This document shows, piece by piece, positions 27,014 through 35,866 of a stretch of 64,000 bases of DNA; positions within the stretch are counted from its first letter, which is position 1; each line of letters starts with the position of its first letter. The position numbers and the translations under genes were made by a program. The stretch covers positions 32,001-96,000 of IMG/VR virus record IMGVR_UViG_3300014257_000015. One strand, written 5' to 3'. The notes under the pieces are model-generated. The model searched no databases, was not told the DNA's origin, and saw only the letters and a list, made by a program, of their open reading frames with translations. The DNA comes from a virus.

Positions 27014-28892
27014 GGTGGGTGGAAAGGATTTTGGGCCATTCAGCGAATTCTCTCTTCAATTGCACAACCAGGGGTTGGTTTGGATTGGAGGGGTGAACAA
27101 TGACTCCAAGGCTGCTAAATCAAACGGCTCGGGGAAATCACACATATTCAAAGCAATCACGTGGTGTTTGTGGGGAGAAGCGATTGACAAAGAAGTAGGC
27201 GACAAGGTCATTCGCAATGGGACCAAAGAGGCGACAGTGTATGTCAAGTTGGGTGGCGGGTGGAAGGTGTGTCGTGTGCGGCGAAAAGGTTCGCCACGCC
27301 TTTCACTCATCACACCAGAAGGGGAATCTTGGAAGGCCATAGGCAAGGATGTACAAGAGAAGATCAATGAATTGGTTGGTTTAGATTTCAAGGCTTTCAA
27401 AAATACAGTCCTGTATGGTCAAAACGATTCTCTTCGTTTTGCCAATCCTTCGACACGCGACGGCGATCGCAAGGACATGCTCCATAAGATTTTGCGCACC
27501 GAGTTGTTGAAGCATTGTCACAATTGGGTTAAGGAACAATCCAAACAATTGAATGCCAAACTATCGGATGTACAATCACAATCATCGTCCGTGAAGGCGC
27601 GCCTTGAAGAGCAGGACGTTTCAGGGCTCCAGGAAGAGCACGACGAATGGGAAGAGGAACGGCAAGAAGCAATTGAAGAGCACAAAGAGTCAGCGAGACT
27701 CAAAAAGTCATTGGCTGAAGCTGAGCTGAAAAAAACGGTTGATGTCTCGAAGTTGAAATTGGAAATCAAAAAGCTTAATGCCGTCGTTGAAGAAGGTGTA
27801 GTTGCTGAAAGGGACATTGCTGCGCTGGACAAAAAATTGGATGTTCTTAGATTCACTAGGGAAAATTGTTCCAACGAGTTGGCTAGGATGGAGACAAAGA
27901 TCGAAGGAACGATTGAAAGGTTGGAACAGATGGATGAGGATGAGTGTCCCATCTGTAGGTCTCCAATGGGCAAAGGCGTAGCTCTTCGCACAAAAAAGAA
28001 CCTGGAAAAAATCAAATCCATAATCGAGAGCGAAGCAGAGGAGAAAAAGGCCAACATCGTAGGGTTGGCTGAAGACATAAGTCGTGTTGCCGAAGAGAGG
28101 AAAGCGAAGTCCAAAATTGTTTCAGCTGCCACGGATGCCTCAGGGGAGATATCTGACTTGAACGCAAAGATAATGGCAGCGACAGCAGTCAACGATCGTG
28201 TCGATGCGTACATCGCCGCCGCTCGCGAATCTCTCAAACAAGCGAAGGCGAAAGCAGCAGAAAAAAACCCGTACGCTGCGCGCCTAGCCACAGCAGAATC
28301 CAAGGCAAAAGCATTCCAACAACGCCTACATGAGCTTCAGGAAAAAGAGTCAGAAATCAGCAATGAGCTCGCACACGTGAAGTTCTGGGTGAAGGGGTTT
28401 AGCGGCGCTGGGTTGCCGTCGTTCATCCTCGACAGCGTGATGCCGTACATCACCGAGCGCGCCAATCACTATCTGGGCACATTGGCGGACGGCGACATCA
28501 AACTGAATTTTGATACGCAACGTGAATTGAAGAGCAGCCGGGGCGAATACAAAGACGAGATTGAGATCAGTTGGGAAATTGAGGGGGCAAGCGACACATA
28601 CCCGGCCAGCGGTGGTCAACTGAAGAAAATCGAAATTGCCACAGATTTGGCGCTGATGGATTTGGTGGCAACTCGGGAAGGCGGCCATGTTGATCTACTG
28701 ATGCTCGATGAAGTTCTGGATGGTTTGGATGAAGAAGGCCGACAGCGTGTGCTCATGCTCCTTCAAGAATTGAGAGCCAAAAGAGGTTCGATATTTGTAA
28801 TCAGCCATGAAGTTGACATGGCCGAGATATTCGAGAAGTCTGTGATGGTGAAGAAAGATGGTGGGGCGGCCATATTGGAGTTGGCAGCATGA
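27000..28892 (+). CDS. sbcC: SbcC/Rad50-like ATPase
   Basis: NGSGKS, coiled coil, CPIC zinc hook, SGGQ, LDEVLDGLD, ISH. Confidence 0.93.
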   Translation: MELLEVGGKDFGPFSEFSLQLHNQGLVWIGGVNNDSKAAKSNGSGKSHIFKAITWCLWGEAIDKEVGDKVIRNGTKEATVYVKLGGGWKVCRVRRKGSPRLSLITPEGESWKAIGKDVQEKINELVGLDFKAFKNTVLYGQNDSLRFANPSTRDGDRKDMLHKILRTELLKHCHNWVKEQSKQLNAKLSDVQSQSSSVKARLEEQDVSGLQEEHDEWEEERQEAIEEHKESARLKKSLAEAELKKTVDVSKLKLEIKKLNAVVEEGVVAERDIAALDKKLDVLRFTRENCSNELARMETKIEGTIERLEQMDEDECPICRSPMGKGVALRTKKNLEKIKSIIESEAEEKKANIVGLAEDISRVAEERKAKSKIVSAATDASGEISDLNAKIMAATAVNDRVDAYIAAARESLKQAKAKAAEKNPYAARLATAESKAKAFQQRLHELQEKESEISNELAHVKFWVKGFSGAGLPSFILDSVMPYITERANHYLGTLADGDIKLNFDTQRELKSSRGEYKDEIEISWEIEGASDTYPASGGQLKKIEIATDLALMDLVATREGGHVDLLMLDEVLDGLDEEGRQRVLMLLQELRAKRGSIFVISHEVDMAEIFEKSVMVKKDGGAAILELAA

Positions 28893-29062
28893 ATTGTCCC
28901 AATTGTGGAGCTACAATGGTGGCCATCAGATCGACAAAAGTTGAAGCGGACGTCATCGATTCAACTTCCACAGAGACCACCGACGTTTTGTTACCAATTT
29001 CGAAGAGCGAAGAAGTAAATGGTCTGACGTGTGAAAACTGTGGCTATCTGGAGGAATGGTGA
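28889..29062 (+). CDS. 57-aa zinc-ribbon protein (below ORF-track cutoff)
   Basis: hand translation MNCPNCG...TCENCGYLEEW; ATGA and TGATG coupling at both ends. Confidence 0.7.
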   Translation: MNCPNCGATMVAIRSTKVEADVIDSTSTETTDVLLPISKSEEVNGLTCENCGYLEEW

Positions 29063-29622
29063 TGGTTTCCACGAAGCTGAAGGGAAAGAACGTGTGGCTC
29101 CACGTCGAATTGGACGATGAGGAAAGAGCTGCTATGGTGTCTATCCAACGCAAAATGCGTCCATTGATGGATATCGGCGTCATATGCCCTTGTTGTCGAC
29201 GCAAGTGCAAGGTGTACAAGCAGCGGATATCGTCAACGATGGCAGCAACGTTGTATTGGATGCATAGAAGGTCAAAGAAAAACGGCGGCAAATACATTCG
29301 AATGTCTAGGGTTGCTCCAAAATGGGCAGTGGCAGCACCTGAGCGTGCGCGTCTTGCTAAGTGGGGGTTGATAAAAGCGAAGCCGCTGGGCGGGGAAAAG
29401 GGAAGACTGAAGAACAGCGGAAAGTGGAAGATAACGCAAAAGGGGATCGATTTTTGTAAGGGCAAAATAGCAGTCGAGAAATACGTTTGGCTTTTGAATA
29501 ACGTTGTGATTGAAAGATCAGAAGAAACAACAGATCTACAAAGTTGTCTTTCGAACAAATTCGATTACTCTGCGTTGATGCGTGGCGAATATGACGATCT
29601 AGAGTCGATACCAAGGAGATGA
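29062..29622 (+). CDS. hypothetical basic protein (CPCC + winged-helix-like)
   Basis: CPCCRR, LAKWGLI...WKITQKG. Confidence 0.65.
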   Translation: MVSTKLKGKNVWLHVELDDEERAAMVSIQRKMRPLMDIGVICPCCRRKCKVYKQRISSTMAATLYWMHRRSKKNGGKYIRMSRVAPKWAVAAPERARLAKWGLIKAKPLGGEKGRLKNSGKWKITQKGIDFCKGKIAVEKYVWLLNNVVIERSEETTDLQSCLSNKFDYSALMRGEYDDLESIPRR

Positions 29623-29623
29623 T

Positions 29624-30325
29624 ATGGGTTTGAAAGTCATAGGCGCCGACATTTCGCTGAATCACGGCGCCCTTGTCGAGATTACGGATGGAGAGTTGTC
29701 CAATTTTTGGTATTGGACTGACGTTGCATCATCAGCATCCAGGAGCAAGCGTGGATATAGGATGGTTGTTCTGAACACGAAAGATCGTGGGTTGAAATCA
29801 ATACACCGATTGGCCAATATCGAGAGGTATCTGTACGGCATATTGGAGGGGGCCGAGCCGGACTACATTGGCATCGAAGACTATGCCATCAGAGAAGAAC
29901 AAGGAGCGCACTACCTCGGAGAAGTGGGTGGCATTTCGAGGATGTTATGTTGGAAATTGAACATTCCGCTTCGCCTTCACGACCCGACCAGTGTGAAGAT
30001 GTTCGTTGCGCATGACGGAACGTGCCAAAAGGATTCAGTCGAACGTGCTGTGTTGGATAGGTGGGGTGTCGACTTTTCAAGGTTCAACCAACCAATAGCG
30101 AAACCAAACAAAAAAGTGAAACAACCGAAACAATCCCGCCGCACCAGCGAGGATCTGTGTGATGCATTTGGAATAGCACACATGGTTTGGACTGAAGTAC
30201 AGCTGCGTCGGGGAGAAATCGCCATGTCATCGCTTCATGAAAAGGAAATCAGAGTCTTCAATAGAGTCACCAAGACTTACCCAGTTAACTTGTTGGATAG
30301 GGAATGGATCAAAAGATGCGACTGA
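29624..30325 (+). CDS. ruvC: RuvC-like Holliday junction resolvase
   Basis: IGADISL, IGIED, PTSVK...G..QK, DLCDAFGIA. Confidence 0.8.
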   Translation: MGLKVIGADISLNHGALVEITDGELSNFWYWTDVASSASRSKRGYRMVVLNTKDRGLKSIHRLANIERYLYGILEGAEPDYIGIEDYAIREEQGAHYLGEVGGISRMLCWKLNIPLRLHDPTSVKMFVAHDGTCQKDSVERAVLDRWGVDFSRFNQPIAKPNKKVKQPKQSRRTSEDLCDAFGIAHMVWTEVQLRRGEIAMSSLHEKEIRVFNRVTKTYPVNLLDREWIKRCD

Positions 30326-30579
30326 TGGAAGCGATCGGGTGGATTGGGACGTTTTTGTATGCTGTGGCTGGGTGGCCGCAAGCTATCAATTCAATTCGTC
30401 GTGGGAATTCGGACGGCGTTCGCATTGGATTTTTATCGATGGTGATCGTTGGAGGTTTCTTGCATGTTGCCTACAGTTTGCATTTAGACTCTTCACCCCT
30501 CGTGGTTTGTAACACATCAACCATTTTGGCGATGGGCGTGGTTATGAAATATCGATTGGCACCGAGGAGAATTTCATGA
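30325..30579 (+). CDS. PQ-loop / SemiSWEET-like small membrane protein
   Basis: IGWIG......WPQ......NSDG, three hydrophobic helices, P...N. Confidence 0.75.
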   Translation: MEAIGWIGTFLYAVAGWPQAINSIRRGNSDGVRIGFLSMVIVGGFLHVAYSLHLDSSPLVVCNTSTILAMGVVMKYRLAPRRIS

Positions 30580-30803
30580 GCGAAGAATGGTCAACAGACG
30601 ACATCATCGGGGCGTCTGATTACGATGGTGAGACGGTCGGTGTCAGCTACGAAGGAATCGAGTATGTAACTAATCTTGCCGCTAAAATAATCATCGATGG
30701 AGAAAAGTTTTGGGTGCCGAAGTCAGTCATTGTGGACGCGGACGACGAAACTGTGATCGTGAAATCATGGTGGGCAGAAAAAGAAGGTTTGGAAAGCTTT
30801 TGA
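30576..30803 (+). CDS. hypothetical protein
   Basis: ATGA overlap; WVPKS...W.AEKEGL phage-type motif. Confidence 0.7.
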   Translation: MSEEWSTDDIIGASDYDGETVGVSYEGIEYVTNLAAKIIIDGEKFWVPKSVIVDADDETVIVKSWWAEKEGLESF

Positions 30804-31042
30804 CTTGTCCGTCTTGTGGATTGGATTACAATGATTTCAAGACTGGTTACAAGTATGCAGATGTTTGGTTGTTGCTGTGGAGCGGCAGTGAAGATCCTGC
30901 GACTTGGAAGTACAAAAGGCGCAGTACGGTGCTGGGACTTTGGCACCAATTGAAGATGGAGATGTGGAATTATCACACAGAAATGTGTTCGTTGCAGGCA
31001 GAATGTGAAAGCACGCAACAGAACGACGAGGTGCCATTTTGA
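30800..31042 (+). CDS. hypothetical protein (CPSC)
   Basis: TTGA overlaps at both ends. Confidence 0.6.
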   Translation: MTCPSCGLDYNDFKTGYKYADVWLLLWSGSEDPATWKYKRRSTVLGLWHQLKMEMWNYHTEMCSLQAECESTQQNDEVPF

Positions 31043-31959
31043 AGGCAGACACACTTATATTCGATGGGAAACACCTGCTTTGGCGTTGTGCCGATGCATT
31101 CAATACGCTGTCGTACGAGGTTGAAGGCGAAGAAATTGGGACAGGTGCGATATACGGTTGGCTGTCGTGCGCGATGCGCGTACGGATGCGATACGGGGGC
31201 CGTGCAATCGTGGCGTGGGAAGGTTCGAACAACTTCAGATACAAATTGTATCCCGAGTACAAAGCAAAGGATGAGCCTGACGAAGAAAAACGGCTGTTTC
31301 TCGAAGATATGAAGAAACAGGAGAAGCGTTTGAAGGCTGTTCTTCGTGCCATTGGAATGCCTCAATTTCTCGCCAACGGCGGTGAAGCGGATGACGTCAT
31401 CGGGACATTAGCAGCCAGACACGAAATGGCACACCGTCGCGTTGTCATATACAGCGGTGATTCTGACTTGCGCCAACTCGTCACTAGCAAAATCTCAGTT
31501 GTTTCCCCGGGGTTCAAGGGTAAAGAAACGATGTATGGGGATTCAGCAGCAGTCAAAGAGAAGCACGGCGTTGATCCGATGCTCATACCCGACCTGAAGG
31601 CGTTGGCTGGTGACAATTCTGACAACATTCCGGGGATGCCTGGCATAGGAGACAAACGAGCGGTCCAGGCCATACAAGAGTGTGGTGACATTGACGAGAT
31701 CATCACGGCGGCAAAGAGCGGCAAACCCATTGGCATCCCCGAACGATTCAGGGCTGTGTTGATAGACAACGAGGAATCTCTTAGGCTGTACAAGAGGCTC
31801 ACAACGATCAATCTTGGCGTTGGAATGGATGCGATTAAACCAAAACGCAGCAGAAAAAGGGTGGCGCAGTATTTCATGGCATACGGCTTTCGGTCGTTGA
31901 TGGAAGCTCCTGAAATGGAAGCTGTGATGGCGCTCGGGGATGAAGACGACGAAGATTGA
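31039..31959 (+). CDS. 5'-3' exonuclease / flap endonuclease (PolI N-terminal type)
   Basis: FRYKLYPEYKA, EADDVIGTL, SGDSDLRQL, GDNSDNIPGMPGIG.K.A. Confidence 0.93.
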   Translation: MKADTLIFDGKHLLWRCADAFNTLSYEVEGEEIGTGAIYGWLSCAMRVRMRYGGRAIVAWEGSNNFRYKLYPEYKAKDEPDEEKRLFLEDMKKQEKRLKAVLRAIGMPQFLANGGEADDVIGTLAARHEMAHRRVVIYSGDSDLRQLVTSKISVVSPGFKGKETMYGDSAAVKEKHGVDPMLIPDLKALAGDNSDNIPGMPGIGDKRAVQAIQECGDIDEIITAAKSGKPIGIPERFRAVLIDNEESLRLYKRLTTINLGVGMDAIKPKRSRKRVAQYFMAYGFRSLMEAPEMEAVMALGDEDDED

Positions 31960-31962
31960 TCA

Positions 31963-32559
31963 ATGTTGAATCGAAAGCTCAAGGCATTGGATAGGATTGA
32001 AGGTGTTTGGGCTGATTGCGAAGAGTGCCCGCTGTCTATGGGTCGCAACAGAATAGTGTATTGGAGGGGTTCGCCTGAGGCAAGGTTGGTGGCAATCGGC
32101 GAAGGCCCGGGGCGAGATGAAGATGAACGCGGGATTCCGTTTGTTGGCGATGCTGGAAAGACATTGGATGGGTTGCTGTCTGAGGCTGGCCTATCGGTGG
32201 TGGACGATATCTTCATCACAAACGTTGTAGGGTGTCGCCCGCCGAACAACAGACAGCCGACGTTCGATGAAATGAAATCATGCCAAGAACGTTTGGAATC
32301 TATGCTTTGGGTGGTATCGCCACGTTGTTTATTGCTCATGGGCGGAACGGCTGCCAGGTTGACTGGTGTTCAGAAGGTTGGACAATGGCGTGGAAGCGAA
32401 ACGACCACCGAGATGATTCTTTTGGGGAAGAAACTTGTGAGGTACAAGACGGTGGTGACTTGGCATCCGTCGTATCTGAATCGCAAGGGTGGGGATGCGC
32501 AAATACGCGAGCAGATGATACACGACATCAAGCTCGCGTTCAATTTGGCGATGGAGTGA
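31963..32559 (+). CDS. uracil-DNA glycosylase family 4
   Basis: CEECPL, GEGPG..ED..G.PFVG.AG, CRPPNNR, HPSY. Confidence 0.92.
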   Translation: MLNRKLKALDRIEGVWADCEECPLSMGRNRIVYWRGSPEARLVAIGEGPGRDEDERGIPFVGDAGKTLDGLLSEAGLSVVDDIFITNVVGCRPPNNRQPTFDEMKSCQERLESMLWVVSPRCLLLMGGTAARLTGVQKVGQWRGSETTTEMILLGKKLVRYKTVVTWHPSYLNRKGGDAQIREQMIHDIKLAFNLAME

Positions 32560-33045
32560 ATGATGGCTGGTGCTTTGAAGAAGTATGTGTTGGGGTTCTA
32601 CTTCCGTCACCAAGGCTCTGCAAAAACAGAAGTGCTGTTGGTGTTGAAGAATAGGCCGCCTTGGCAAAACGGTAGGGTGAATGGAATTGGCGGACACATC
32701 GAGCCAGGGGAAACCCCTGAAGGCGCGATGGAACGCGAGTTCAGAGAAGAAACCGGATTGGACTTCACCGCTATCAAGGAGTGGAGGCTGTTTGCAATTC
32801 TTCGATCGAAGGGTGATACTGAAGATGAGGATGGATTGGTGTATGCATTCAGAATAGACATCGATTACGGGCCCGCACCTGAAGGATTGGTGAATGACGT
32901 TGGGGAAAGCATTGGGTTCTATGATTTGGAGTATTTACCGCCGAACGTCTTGTCCAACATCAGGTGGCTGTTGGAGATGTCTGACATCAGATGTTCGAAT
33001 GACCACCCATTCTATGTTGAAGAGAAGGCGCGAGGCGACGGATGA
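32560..33045 (+). CDS. Nudix hydrolase
   Basis: GGHIEPGETPEGAMEREFREETGL Nudix box. Confidence 0.92.
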   Translation: MMAGALKKYVLGFYFRHQGSAKTEVLLVLKNRPPWQNGRVNGIGGHIEPGETPEGAMEREFREETGLDFTAIKEWRLFAILRSKGDTEDEDGLVYAFRIDIDYGPAPEGLVNDVGESIGFYDLEYLPPNVLSNIRWLLEMSDIRCSNDHPFYVEEKARGDG

Positions 33046-33476
33046 ATAGGAAACAAGCCAAAAAACGACGCAAGAAGCCCGATGTGTCTGTGAAACAAGC
33101 CGCAGCAGCGGAAAGACAGCGGCTATTGTCCCAGCACCTTCCGACTACAAACGCAAAGATCATCAGAGAGTTGATGGTGGAATCGAAGGTGAAGGGGCAC
33201 TGGAAGGATTTTGTTGTCATTGCCGGGAAAAGGTTGATGGATTGGCGTGGGTCATACGACATGACGGCGGAAGACGGCAAATCAATTGGTGTTGATGGAA
33301 TGGTAATCATCCACAAATCCAAATTGGCCAAAGTAGTTGGAGAAGAGACGGCGTTGAATTTTTGGCGCCCTGGAATTGGGCGAATTGGGTTGAATGACGC
33401 TCGAAGTTTTGAAGTGCGTCGTGACGCAGCGCAAGACAAAGAGGCGCATTGCGTCGGGCAAGAAGATTGCCCCTGA
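33042..33476 (+). CDS. hypothetical protein
   Basis: ATGA overlap. Confidence 0.6.
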   Translation: MNRKQAKKRRKKPDVSVKQAAAAERQRLLSQHLPTTNAKIIRELMVESKVKGHWKDFVVIAGKRLMDWRGSYDMTAEDGKSIGVDGMVIIHKSKLAKVVGEETALNFWRPGIGRIGLNDARSFEVRRDAAQDKEAHCVGQEDCP

Positions 33477-33517
33477 TTCATCGATTCGACACTAGAAACG
33501 GGTGAAAGGCAGAAAAG

Positions 33518-33964
33518 ATGCGGCCATCCAAGGATGAATATTTCATGGGAATAGCCAAAGCTGTAGCGGCGAGATCAACTTGCACTCGGCGGAAGGTCGG
33601 TGCGGTTCTTGTTCGCGATGGGCTAATTGTGTCTTCAGGGTACAATGGATCCCCAGAGGGATTGGAACATTGCGTTGACGTTGGGTGCGACGTAGTGAAT
33701 GGACACTGCGTAAGAACGGTTCACGCAGAAGCCAACGCGTTGATCCAGGCCGGTCAAGTTGGTGCTCGTACGAGTGGTGCGACGCTATACACTACCGCAT
33801 CACCTTGTCGAGCGTGTATGTCATTGATCATCAATGCTCGGATAGCTCGGGTGGTGTATGCTGAACCGTACCAAGATCCAACGCATGATGGAGATGAAAG
33901 CCGTTGGGCGTTGGATACAGCAGAACGCCTGGGAATCGAAATGAAATTGGTCTGTGTGGATTAA
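33518..33964 (+). CDS. dCMP deaminase (ComEB-like)
   Basis: RSTC.RR.VGA, GYNG, HAEANA, PCRAC. Confidence 0.93.
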   Translation: MRPSKDEYFMGIAKAVAARSTCTRRKVGAVLVRDGLIVSSGYNGSPEGLEHCVDVGCDVVNGHCVRTVHAEANALIQAGQVGARTSGATLYTTASPCRACMSLIINARIARVVYAEPYQDPTHDGDESRWALDTAERLGIEMKLVCVD

Positions 33965-34178
33965 AGTCTGAGAAATTGGGTGTGATCTGTGGGACTGAAG
34001 CAGACATATGGATGTAGATTTGACTGCGAGAAGCCATACATGACTGCCGCCGAGATGAGCGTGTTCAAGGACATCCGTGACAACATGTCGTTTTATCGTA
34101 CGGCCATATGTGTTGTGTGCGGAGTCGAAATCATAAAGGGCAAGCAGTTCTGTTCATTGAACTGCATGGAGAAGAAAC

Positions 34179-34415
34179 ATGGCGAAGAAGAAAATCAGCG
34201 GTAATTGGATTGATGCGTTGACCACACAAGTCGACAAATTCATCACATTGGAAACAACAGACGGCGTAGTGCGCCAGGGCCGTATGACTGGTTTTGGTAC
34301 GCAGCGAATCATTCTCGATGGTTCCGTCATCGAAGTTCTCGTTGGAATTCAATTGAATGGAGATCTTTCAGATGAGGTTCCAATCAATAGATTAGCAAAA
34401 ATCACCATAGAATAA
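34179..34415 (+). CDS. hypothetical small beta protein
   Basis: GGAG RBS, 78 aa. Confidence 0.65.
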   Translation: MAKKKISGNWIDALTTQVDKFITLETTDGVVRQGRMTGFGTQRIILDGSVIEVLVGIQLNGDLSDEVPINRLAKITIE

Positions 34416-34446
34416 CATCTGTTACAATTGAATGGCTAGTGCCATA

Positions 34447-34505
34447 CGATTTTGGTCGACTTCCAACGGCAAATAGTTTATGATCAACGCAAAGGAGAAC
34501 CGGCC
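34447..34505 (+). promoter_or_regulatory. promoter cassette variant (half palindrome only)
   Basis: CGATTTTGG-TCGACT(34456)-17nt-TATGAT(34479), then GGAGAACCGGCC without ATG. Confidence 0.75.
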
Positions 34506-34578
34506 AAAATCCAATCAGCCGAAAAACCAATCCACCAAAATACAGAAGAGCCAATTAAAGATCCAAGGAGAACCGACA

Positions 34579-35286
34579 ATGGCAAAGAAGACCAAATTGA
34601 AGACGAAAGAAGAACCGAAGAAAGCCACCAAGGCCAAGGCCGTTGAGCATAACGCGCGCGTCGAAGGCCACGTTGATCACCCTGCCCATCCGAAATGCCC
34701 AGAGTGTGGGCGTGCCATGTTCAAATGGATGGGTGTGAATTCAGAATACGCCAACAAAACACCCAAAAAAGAAGACCCTTGGGCATATTGTCGAAACAAG
34801 GCGTGCTCGCTATTTGGTGAAGATCAGTCAGAATCGACCCCAAAAAAGGCCAAAAAAGAAGACAAAGGCGAGGAAGTTACAAAGAAAAGCAAACCCAAAG
34901 AGAAGGGCCTGGATGAAGAGCTGGAGGGCTTTGGCGCGGATGATGAAATAGACGCCATCGACGAAGACGACGAAGACGACGAGGGCGACGAAGACGATGA
35001 TGAAATAGACGCCATCGACGACAACGACGAAGACGACGAGGGCGAAGAAGTCGTGCAAGACGAAGATGGCGATGAAGAAGATGAGGTTGACGATGATGCC
35101 GCGCAAATAGCGTTGGCCAATTGTCGAAAACGCATCGTCAAAGCCATTCGAAAAGGCGGGAATAAAGCCAAGGACGCCATCCAACTCGCGCTATCTGTCC
35201 TTCATGGTGAAACGTCCATCAAACAAGTCAACGAAATGATCGATGAATTCGACCTCGAAGATGAATACGGCTTGAAGAAAAAATGA
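34579..35286 (+). CDS. Zn-ribbon protein with Lys-rich and highly acidic tracts
   Basis: GGAGAACCGACAATG start; CPECG..CRNKAC; 19-aa acidic repeat x2 (57-nt period, 34939/34996). Confidence 0.75.
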   Translation: MAKKTKLKTKEEPKKATKAKAVEHNARVEGHVDHPAHPKCPECGRAMFKWMGVNSEYANKTPKKEDPWAYCRNKACSLFGEDQSESTPKKAKKEDKGEEVTKKSKPKEKGLDEELEGFGADDEIDAIDEDDEDDEGDEDDDEIDAIDDNDEDDEGEEVVQDEDGDEEDEVDDDAAQIALANCRKRIVKAIRKGGNKAKDAIQLALSVLHGETSIKQVNEMIDEFDLEDEYGLKKK

Positions 35287-35375
35287 AAACGCGCGCCCTT
35301 GGCGCCTTGTTGTATCTGGCAATGCTGGCAATTTCATTCGGAATTGCTGTCTTGGTGAATCGCCACCCAATCTAA
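35283..35375 (+). CDS. 30-aa single-TM peptide
   Basis: hand translation MKTRALGALLYLAMLAISFGIAVLVNRHPI; ATGA overlap. Confidence 0.45.
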   Translation: MKTRALGALLYLAMLAISFGIAVLVNRHPI

Positions 35376-35516
35376 AAAAGTACCTTTTCTAAAAAGTACC
35401 TTTTCTAAAAAGGTACTTCCAATCCAAAAAAAAGTACCTCTGCACGTCGATTTTGTTTGACTTCCAATTCAATTGGAGTTACAATCTATTTATACGTTGA
35501 AGGAGAACCGGCCATG
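35374..35516 (+). promoter_or_regulatory. promoter cassette copy with tandemly amplified AAAAAGTACCTTTTCT upstream element
   Basis: TTGACT(35457)-17nt-TACAAT(35480), palindrome TCCAATTCAATTGGA, GGAGAACCGGCCATG. Confidence 0.88.
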
Positions 35517-35684
35517 ACATCAACGCAAGCAAATTTCGGGTTGAACGGCGTGATCACATCCAGGCACGTAGTAACCAACATGCGCGACATCGTTTCTGGG
35601 TTTGGTTGGGGTGCTTGGTTTCGGTGTTTGAAAGTAGCTGCCACAGGGAAAAGAACAACCTTCCTAGCCACAATCTGGAAGTAG
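35514..35684 (+). CDS. hypothetical 56-aa protein
   Basis: starts at conserved leader. Confidence 0.7.
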   Translation: MTSTQANFGLNGVITSRHVVTNMRDIVSGFGWGAWFRCLKVAATGKRTTFLATIWK

Positions 35685-35695
35685 GAGAACCGGCC

Positions 35696-35857
35696 ATGTC
35701 ACAGCTAACGAAAGAATACATCGAACACCAACTTCAAGAACAGGGTTTGCGTCTCGCGACGTTGAACGACAGCGGTTGGTATCTGAAGGTGTATGACATC
35801 AACGAAGAGATTGTCACAGTTTGGGTGACCGACATCACCAAGAACGAAAACAACTAG
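35696..35857 (+). CDS. hypothetical 53-aa protein
   Basis: starts at conserved leader. Confidence 0.7.
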   Translation: MSQLTKEYIEHQLQEQGLRLATLNDSGWYLKVYDINEEIVTVWVTDITKNENN

Positions 35858-35866
35858 GAACCGGCC

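Noticed and set aside
35457-35513. ORF-track N-terminal extensions such as MTSNSIGVTIYLYVEGEPA (also at 34480, 55031, 60571)
   Set aside because: These are translations of the promoter cassette; true starts follow the GGAGAACCG leader.
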